Assembly (NCBI GenBank): GCA_021786945.1
Contig: JAJYMK010000003.1
Location: forward strand, 1-35,104
DNA length: 35,104 bases
Direction: 5' to 3'
From: a bacterium
Lineage (GTDB): Bacteria > Patescibacteriota > Minisyncoccia > UBA6257 > 02-FULL-45-10c
Part shown: one piece after another, positions 10,203 to 17,000 of the stretch
How the letters are laid out: every line of letters begins with the position of its first letter
How positions within the stretch are numbered: position 1 is the stretch's first letter
Notes under the pieces: model-generated
The model's input: only the letters and a program-made list of their open reading frames with translations
What the model was told of the DNA's origin: nothing
Database searches by the model: none
Program-made: the position numbers and the translations under genes

Positions 10203-10211
10203 TGGTATAAT
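10203..10211 (+). promoter_or_regulatory. Extended -10 promoter element for recG
   Basis: TGGTATAAT (TGnTATAAT), 17 bp before the recG ATG. Confidence 0.6.
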
Positions 10212-10228
10212 ATATACAATTTAAACAA

Positions 10229-12343
10229 ATGGATCTCAATACCGAGCTGAATAAAATAAGCGGTATCGGACCGAAGTTTATCCCAAAGCTAAATAAGCTG
10301 GGTATTAAAACTGCCAAAGATCTTCTTTGGCATTTTCCTTTTAGATACGACGATTTCTCGAAAATTAGCCCGATTGCCGAATTGGTGCCCAATCAGCCCG
10401 CCACAATTCATGGAGTTATTCAGAAAATAGGTTTACGCAGGACGTTTAGGAAGAAATTGGTTTTGGTTGAGGCAATTATAGTAGATGAAACAGGCGGGGT
10501 GCGCGCAATGTGGTTTAATCAGGCGTATTTGTTAAAAACTTTAAAGCCCGGTACGCAGGCCAACTTTGCCGGAAAGATTATTGAGTCAAAAGGGGACGTA
10601 TATCTTAGCAATCCAGTTTATGAAATCACTTCCAGTCACGGAATTTCTGGATCTATAAGTGGTCCGCGGCATACTGCGGGTTTAATTCCGGTTTATCCTG
10701 AAACCAGGGGTATTACTTCAAAATTTTTGAGGTTTATTTTAAAACCAATTCTTTCTTCTATCCCGCCGATTGAGGATTTTATGCCGAAAGAGGTTTTGGT
10801 AAAAAATAGTTTGCCGGAAATTAATTCTGCTTTGAAGAAAATTCATTTTCCGCTTAGAGCCGTGGATGCCGAACTCGCCAAAAAAAGATTCGCTTTTGAA
10901 GAGCTGTTTTTGTTGCAGCTCAATAATCTTAAAATAAAATCAAAATTAGCTGAGCAAAAAAGCGAAGCCATTCCTGTTGACCAGGATTTTTTGGATAAAT
11001 TAATTACTGATTTGCCGTTTATTTTAACCAACTCCCAAAAAGATGTTCTGCATGAAGTTCTTTCCGATATCCAGAAGTCTCGTCCAATGAACAGACTGCT
11101 TCAAGGCGATGTCGGTTCCGGAAAAACAGTTATTGCGGCTATAGCGGCCATTTTGACGGCGAAGCACGGCAAGCAGACGGCCATTTTGGCTCCGACCGAA
11201 GTGTTGGCCCAGCAGCATTACAGAACAATTACAAAGTTATTTAAAAATTTTGAAGGTGAAATAGAAATATTGACTGGCGCTTCCAAACAAAAGAAAAGTC
11301 TGAACGATAAGATAGAAAGTGGGCAGACAAAAATAATTATCGGTACCCATGCCATTATCCAAAAAGCGGTTAAGTTCAATAATTTGGCTTTGGTAATTGT
11401 TGACGAGCAGCACCGCTTTGGAGTAGAGCAGAGAGCTTCGCTTCTTAAAAAAGACAAGGGCTTGGGTGTTTTAATTCCGCATTTGCTTTCCATGTCCGCC
11501 ACTCCTATTCCGCGAACTTTAGCACTCACTATTTTCGGCGATTTGGATTTATCTATTATTAATGAGCTTCCGGCTGGCAGAAAACCGATTATCACAAAGG
11601 TAGTTTCTCCTACAAAGCGTATGGAAGCATATGGTTTTATAAAAGACCAGATTCTGAAGGGAAGGCAGGCCTTTGTTATTTGCCCGCGTATTGAGCCGGG
11701 AACTAAAGACGAGGAGGAAAGAAAAGTTTTGACCGAATCCCAACAAAAGATATTAGATTTGAAATCGGTTAAGGAGGAATATGAAAGATTGTCCAAAAAG
11801 ATTTTTCCCGACCTCAAAATTGCCATGCTTCACGGAAAACTGAAAAATTCCGAAAAGGAAAATATCATGAGAGATTTTCAGGATAAGAAATACGATATTT
11901 TGGTTTCTACTTCCGTGGTGGAAGTGGGTGTAGACGTGCCCAACGCCACAATCATGATGATCGAGGGGGCGGACAGATTTGGTCTGGCTCAGCTTTATCA
12001 GTTTAGGGGCAGGGTAGGGCGCAGCGAGCATCAGTCTTTCTGTTTGTTGTTTACGGATTCCGAGTCTGAATCTACTCAATACAGATTGGATTCTCTTTTG
12101 ATCGCCAAAAATGGATTTGAATTGGCCGAAAAAGATCTTGAGCTCCGCGGTCCGGGCCAATTTTTGGGCAAAGAGCAGACCGGACTTCCGGATATCGCCA
12201 TGGATGCCTTGAAAAATATTGAATTGGTAAAAGCCGCCAAGGTTTCCGCCGAAGAAATTCTTTCCAACGATCCCGATTTTTCCAAAAATCCTTTGCTTGG
12301 CGAGCGCTTCAAGCAATTCACTCAAAACATCCACCTCGAATAG
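10229..12343 (+). CDS. recG: ATP-dependent DNA helicase RecG
   Basis: N-terminal HhH and wedge domain; MNRLLQGDVGSGKT, APTEVLAQQH, DEQHRFG, MSATPIPRTL, GVDVPNAT, QFRGRVGR, GFELAEKDLELRGPG (TRG motif). Confidence 0.97.
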   Translation: MDLNTELNKISGIGPKFIPKLNKLGIKTAKDLLWHFPFRYDDFSKISPIAELVPNQPATIHGVIQKIGLRRTFRKKLVLVEAIIVDETGGVRAMWFNQAYLLKTLKPGTQANFAGKIIESKGDVYLSNPVYEITSSHGISGSISGPRHTAGLIPVYPETRGITSKFLRFILKPILSSIPPIEDFMPKEVLVKNSLPEINSALKKIHFPLRAVDAELAKKRFAFEELFLLQLNNLKIKSKLAEQKSEAIPVDQDFLDKLITDLPFILTNSQKDVLHEVLSDIQKSRPMNRLLQGDVGSGKTVIAAIAAILTAKHGKQTAILAPTEVLAQQHYRTITKLFKNFEGEIEILTGASKQKKSLNDKIESGQTKIIIGTHAIIQKAVKFNNLALVIVDEQHRFGVEQRASLLKKDKGLGVLIPHLLSMSATPIPRTLALTIFGDLDLSIINELPAGRKPIITKVVSPTKRMEAYGFIKDQILKGRQAFVICPRIEPGTKDEEERKVLTESQQKILDLKSVKEEYERLSKKIFPDLKIAMLHGKLKNSEKENIMRDFQDKKYDILVSTSVVEVGVDVPNATIMMIEGADRFGLAQLYQFRGRVGRSEHQSFCLLFTDSESESTQYRLDSLLIAKNGFELAEKDLELRGPGQFLGKEQTGLPDIAMDALKNIELVKAAKVSAEEILSNDPDFSKNPLLGERFKQFTQNIHLE

Positions 12344-12391
12344 TTTTTAGCTCTACTTTGCCGCCGCTAGCTTTATAAAAATATACAAAAA

Positions 12392-12431
12392 TGTTTCCAT
12401 AAATTTTGCTATAGCGGGATTTATGGAAACA
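12392..12431. repeat. 40-bp palindromic element, copy 2
   Basis: TGTTTCCAT-AAATTTT-GCTATAGC-GGGATTT-ATGGAAACA, between the convergent stops of recG and the PaaX/Cas2-like gene. 37/40 identical to the reverse complement of copy 1. Confidence 0.95.
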
Positions 12432-12456
12432 TTTTGATGTCCGAATTAATACCTTT

Positions 12457-13029
12457 TTATTTTAAATTAAAAAACTCTTTTATTTTATTGTTATTGGGCA
12501 GCTTATCCGCTTTGAAATAAAGTACGCATTTTTCAAGGGGTAGGCCAAAAACCGAACATAGAAAGTCCAATTCGTTTATACATTCGTAGGGGTACACCCA
12601 AATGCTTTTTTGCAATTGATACATTCCCAATTGTTTTATTTTTCCTCTGAATGCATCGCTGACCTTTTTGAATTTCTGTGGAATATCGTAAATAACAATT
12701 CTCCATTGCCCGTCCCATTTAGCCGGTTTTGGAATTTTCATATCGTCTAATTTATATTGATGCACTATATTTTTTCCGGCTTGCGTAAGCTCTATTTTGA
12801 TAGTGCCGTCTTCAAGTTCTTTGAAATTGACCAATTTCTTTTTGTTGAATTCAGCCAGTTTTTTTGATCTTCTCCTTATATCCGCTTCAGTTTTATCTTT
12901 AAAATAATTTTTTACTAATTTGTGTAAAAAATAAGGGGAGCTTGTGGCGGCTAAAGTTATAATTCCCACCCCGGCAATTTTTAAGAGCGTATCTTTTGTA
13001 AAATTTATTTTTTTATTTTTGTTTATCAT
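12457..13029 (-). CDS. Stand-alone wHTH + Cas2-like domain protein (PaaX-family, short CPR type), 190 aa
   Basis: Winged-helix-like segment (RRRSKKLAEFNKKKLV...IKIELTQAGK) followed by WDGQWRIVIYDIP...FRGKIKQLGMYQLQKSIWVYPY, the PaaX central/Cas2 ferredoxin-fold signature. Start moved to the ATG at 13029, because the ATG at 13068 lies inside palindrome copy 3 and upstream of the -10 element. Confidence 0.85.
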   Translation of the reverse strand: MINKNKKINFTKDTLLKIAGVGIITLAATSSPYFLHKLVKNYFKDKTEADIRRRSKKLAEFNKKKLVNFKELEDGTIKIELTQAGKNIVHQYKLDDMKIPKPAKWDGQWRIVIYDIPQKFKKVSDAFRGKIKQLGMYQLQKSIWVYPYECINELDFLCSVFGLPLEKCVLYFKADKLPNNNKIKEFFNLK

Positions 13030-13042
13030 ATTTTTCGTGAAA

Positions 13043-13051
13043 ATTATATCA
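13043..13051 (-). promoter_or_regulatory. Extended -10 promoter of the PaaX/Cas2-like gene
   Basis: The minus strand reads TGATATAAT, 13 bp upstream of the ATG at 13029. Its -35 region falls inside palindrome copy 3. Confidence 0.65.
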
Positions 13052-13059
13052 CATAAAAA

Positions 13060-13099
13060 TGTTTCCATAAATCTCGCTATAGCGAAAAATATGGAAACA
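13060..13099. repeat. 40-bp palindromic element, copy 3
   Basis: TGTTTCCAT-AAATCTC-GCTATAGC-GAAAAAT-ATGGAAACA, 30 bp upstream of the PaaX/Cas2-like start. Its reverse complement is 36/40 identical to copy 2. Confidence 0.95.
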
Positions 13100-13101
13100 A
13101 T

Positions 13102-13129
13102 TTGACTTTGTAATTTTTTGGATTAAAAT
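13102..13129 (+). promoter_or_regulatory. Putative sigma70 promoter, divergent from the PaaX/Cas2-like gene
   Basis: TTGACT-N16-TAAAAT, starting 2 bp after palindrome copy 3. Confidence 0.45.
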
Positions 13130-13237
13130 TAAGATGTTTTTAGTTTGTTTGTAATATTTTTTGTAAAGTTTTAAATATTTTAGTGAAAAATACTTCAATT
13201 TTTAAAATTTATAGATTTTCTAAAAGAAATTAGAAAT

Positions 13238-13272
13238 CGGGACGCTTGGTAGAGCGCCCCGTTTTTATTTTT
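13238..13272 (+). terminator. Putative intrinsic terminator
   Basis: CGGGACGCT-TGGTAG-AGCGCCCCG stem (one mismatch) followed by TTTTTATTTTT. Confidence 0.65.
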
Positions 13273-13277
13273 GGAAA

Positions 13278-13476
13278 AATTCGGCAATTCGGCAAAGCCG
13301 AAGTTAAAGAATTCGGCAACCGGAGGTTTATAAAAAATATTTTGCAAACAAAATAAAACAGGGCAAAGTTCGGCAAAACATAATTAGTCCTTAAATTGCC
13401 GAATTGTTTGTAGGGTATTTATTAATATTAAAAATATTTTGAAAAATGGATAATCAAAATTCTAGCAATTCGGCAA
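13278..13476. repeat. Cluster of TTCGGCAA octamers
   Basis: Forward copies at 13280, 13288, 13312, 13369 and 13469; reverse copy at 13396-13403; partial reverse copy GCCGAA at 13297. Confidence 0.8.
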
Positions 13477-14018
13477 ATAATGCCGGATGGTGGAATAAAT
13501 ATAGTTATGCAAAGCACGTTGCTATATTTTTTGGAGTTTTATTGATAGTTGGTGGCGGGTATTTTGTTTGGGGTAATTATTTTAGTACTAATGCGCGATT
13601 AGCTAGGCAGCAACAAGCTCAATATGAAAAATATGCTGCATGGGAGAATGATTTTAATAAAATAATGACAGAGGATAACTATGGCGGTAAGACTCCGGAA
13701 GAAACCTTGAAGATGTTTGTTGATGCTTTGAAGCAGGGTGATACAGACTTAGCTGCTAAATATTTCTATCTGGAAACCGATACAAAAGATCCCAATTTCA
13801 TGACAAGAAATAAATGGATTGAAGGATTAAAGGCTGCGAAGGAGGATGGCGCCCTGCCCGGTATTATCGAAATAGTTGAAAAAGCAAAATTTGATTCAAA
13901 ATCGTCTTGGGCGGAATCGGCGTGGTTTTCTGTATTAAATAAAGATGGAATTGCAGATTATACTATTATTTTAAAATTAAATACTTTCTCTAATACATGG
14001 AAAATAGAAAGTATGTAA
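13446..14018 (+). CDS. Hypothetical single-pass membrane protein
   Basis: N-terminal TM (VAIFFGVLLIVGGGYFVW), DNYGGKTPEETLKMFVDALKQGD.DLAAKYF motif, ends WKIESM (NTF2/DUF4878-like ending). Overlaps the next gene by 22 bp. Confidence 0.8.
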   Translation: MDNQNSSNSANNAGWWNKYSYAKHVAIFFGVLLIVGGGYFVWGNYFSTNARLARQQQAQYEKYAAWENDFNKIMTEDNYGGKTPEETLKMFVDALKQGDTDLAAKYFYLETDTKDPNFMTRNKWIEGLKAAKEDGALPGIIEIVEKAKFDSKSSWAESAWFSVLNKDGIADYTIILKLNTFSNTWKIESM

Positions 14019-17000
14019 AATTTTTAATCCCGATATGCTTAGTATTGGGATTTTTTATTGTCACTGCCAGAGATGCTTTCGCTTATGAAACAAACACTCA
14101 TGCGTTTTTAACTAAAGATGCAATTCAATTTTATTCTGAAAAGGCGGCGACCAGCACCATGACTGATTTTGAAAGTTATTTAATTGATGGGTCGAGAAGA
14201 GAGGACGATATTCCGCGATGGATGAATCATTTTTATGATCCAGTTAATAGTAAGGGACTAACTGATTCAGTTTTGGGTTCTTGGTCTGCTTCTAAGGATT
14301 GGGCTGTGAATGCCGATACGCAGAATCAGCTGAAATATAAAGTGCCGGCAACTATAGCCTCTATTTTAACCGCGATTCAACAAGGGAAAATAAGTGATTT
14401 ATCCGCCGAAACTAATTTTACTTGGAATGAGGCTTTGTATTACTGGATGAACGGCGAAAAAGAGAAAGCCGCTTTTGCGCTTGGTCATGTTTTGCATTTA
14501 ATTCAAGACGCTTCGGTACCAGATCACACAAGAAACGATCCTCATCCGGATGGAAGTATTTTTGAATCTTGGGCTGGTAAATATTCCTTAGATAATCCGG
14601 ATAATGATTTATTGGTTAGGTTAAAAGATAAAGACTTGGTTGGTTTGAATAGTCTAGATTTGTATTTTACCGGAATGGCAAAATATTCAAATAATAATTT
14701 TTATAGCGCTGATACCATTCTAAAGAATTATCAACTTCCCGAAATAAACGATTTTGAATTAATTGATAATCATTATTACTATACAGGATATTTAGATGGT
14801 CAAAAATATTATTTACTTTCTAAAAAATCCAATTTTGGTAGTGTTATTTTTGCTTCCGAGGGAACGATTACTATTAATAATGAGATTATAAATAAAAATT
14901 ACTGGTCTTTATTGTCTACCAAATCAGTTCAATATAGCGCGAGCGCAATAAAATTCTTTTTAAGTGAGGCGGATAGGTTGAAAAATGATTCTAGTTTTGC
15001 AAAAAAGAATTCATTTTTTGCTCAGGTAGTTGATTTAACAAAGCAAGTAATTTCAAATATTTTTGGCGGAAATAATAGTCAGGATTCTAATGTTGTTGCC
15101 GAAATAAACCTTGGAGATTCGCAAACCAATAATTTGGTTTCCGTTGCTTCCAAAGACACTACCAAAGATCCAGTTGTGGAAAACAGCCCTATTGATTTAT
15201 TAGACACCCCGGATATTAATGATTCTGTTATTGAAAGTCCCGAACAGGTAATTAATGAGGAGGAAATAGTAAAAGAAAGTGATATTATTCCGGAAACGGA
15301 AAATAAAGAGGTGGTTGTAAAGATTGCTGCCACCACAACGCCCATTATTCAAAATAGTCCCGTGATTTCATGCGGTTTTGAAACAAACAAAGCCTTAACG
15401 AGAAAGAACGTTTTGATTAATGAGGTGGCCTGGATGGGAAGTATAAAAAGTTCCAGTGATGAATGGATTGAATTAAAAAATACCTCAAATTTGGAAATAG
15501 ATATTTCTAATTGGCAATTATTGGATAAAGAAGAGCAAGTTAAAGTGATTTTTCCGGATAAGTCTAAAATTGCGCCAAATAGTTTTTTGCTCTTGGAAAG
15601 AACTGACGACAATACCGTCCCGAACATTAAGGCTGATTATATTTATACCGGCTCACTTTCAAATTCCGATGAAGGCTTGAGACTGTTTGATAATGGTTGC
15701 AATTTGGTTGATGAGGTTTTGGCGGGCACGACATGGCCGGCTGGTGATTCGTCAAATAAAAGGACGATGGAAAAACAAGCTGATTTAACTTGGTCTACAT
15801 ATAATGGTTCCGGGGAAGGAGTCGGGGAGGCGTTGATTTTAGGAACTCCTAAAAAAGAAAACAGTGTTAAAGTTGTTTACTCAGGAGGGGGGTCTGTTTC
15901 AACTGCGCCGGTGCAGAATAATTCAACCCCTGAATCAAAAAATACTGTCACTCAACCAGAAAAAATTTTAATTACGGAAATTCAGATAACCGGGGGTACC
16001 GGCAAAACAAACAATGATTTTATAGAACTTTATAATCCAGGGGATATTAGGATTAATTTAAATGGCTATAGACTAGTTAAAAGAACAAAATCCGGAACCG
16101 CGGATACGGGTATAAAATCATGGACGTCGGATACCTTTATCGAACCCAAAAGTTTTTATTTGTGGGCGAATAGTGATTATTCGGAAATTGTCGCAATTCC
16201 TGACGTAACAACTTCTGGTACGTTATCGAATGATAATGGTATTGCTTTAAGGTTTGGCGCGGAAGATACAGGAGTAATTATAGATTCCGTTGCTTGGGGC
16301 GAGGCCGAAAATATTTTTAAGGAACGATTAAATTTCTCTGAAAATCCGGCGGCTAATAATAGTATCCAGAGGAAAGTAGAAAACGGAATATTTGTGGATA
16401 CAAATAATAATTCGGCTGATTTTGAAATAAAAACATGCCCAAGTCCTAAAGCACAATCGAATTCCTGTGTTGTTAGTGAAAATTCAAATCAAGCGCCCAG
16501 CGCTTTTTTTGACTTTTCTACAACTACGCCAAAAATAAACGAGGAGATAAATTTTAACGCCGCATCTTCAACTGATCCGGACGGGGCTATAGTTTTATAT
16601 GAATGGAATTTTGGAGATGGCGCAGTTGCCAGTTCGACTATTGCTACATCAACTCACAGTTATGTTTCCACAGGAACGTATTCCGTTAATTTGATGGTTT
16701 ATGATGATAAAAATGCAACTTCTACTATTTCTAAAAATATAAATATTGAAACGGAATTATTAAATAAACCCAAAAAAGTTTCAAATTTTTTGGCACAATA
16801 TAATAAAATCAACAAAGAAGTTGAGTTTAATTGGGAGGAATCCGAAGATTATTTGGGCGCGACCTCTACTTTGGTTTATAGAATTAAGGATTTAAGTGTG
16901 GAGCCGTTGCTTTCGGATATAGTGGTGACGGCTTCGACAACGGCAACTTCTACTATCGATGTATTTGATAGGGAATATGTTTTTGGTATAGAGGCTATAG

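Noticed and set aside
11138-11145. Fourth GCTATAGC core inside recG
   Set aside because: It lacks the TGTTTCCAT/ATGGAAACA arms and is explained by Ala-Ile-Ala codons.
10843-12334. Antisense ORFs of up to 202 aa within recG, and similar shadow ORFs in gap, tkt, pfkB and other genes
   Set aside because: They lie opposite well-supported genes and have no recognisable motifs.
10229-12343. recG as a foreign high-GC insertion
   Set aside because: By eye its composition is only modestly higher than conserved genes such as tkt. This is not supportable without computation.
13030-13068. N-terminal extension METFLCDIIFTKN of the PaaX-like ORF
   Set aside because: That ATG is part of the palindrome arm and lies upstream of the extended -10; the ATG at 13029 is more plausible.
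10111-13099. CRISPR array or CRISPR-Cas locus, suggested by palindromic repeats near a Cas2-like gene
   Set aside because: The repeats are about 2.2 kb and 0.6 kb apart with whole genes between them, there are no 25-45 bp spacers, and no cas1 or effector genes are present.
12392-13099. Classical IS element with terminal inverted repeats
   Set aside because: No DDE, HUH or recombinase motifs in the enclosed ORF and no target-site duplication. Mobility remains only a hypothesis.
13100-13445. Replication origin (AT-rich region with iteron-like repeats)
   Set aside because: No DnaA boxes (TTATCCACA) were seen, no dnaA or rep gene is nearby, and there is no lasting switch in gene orientation.
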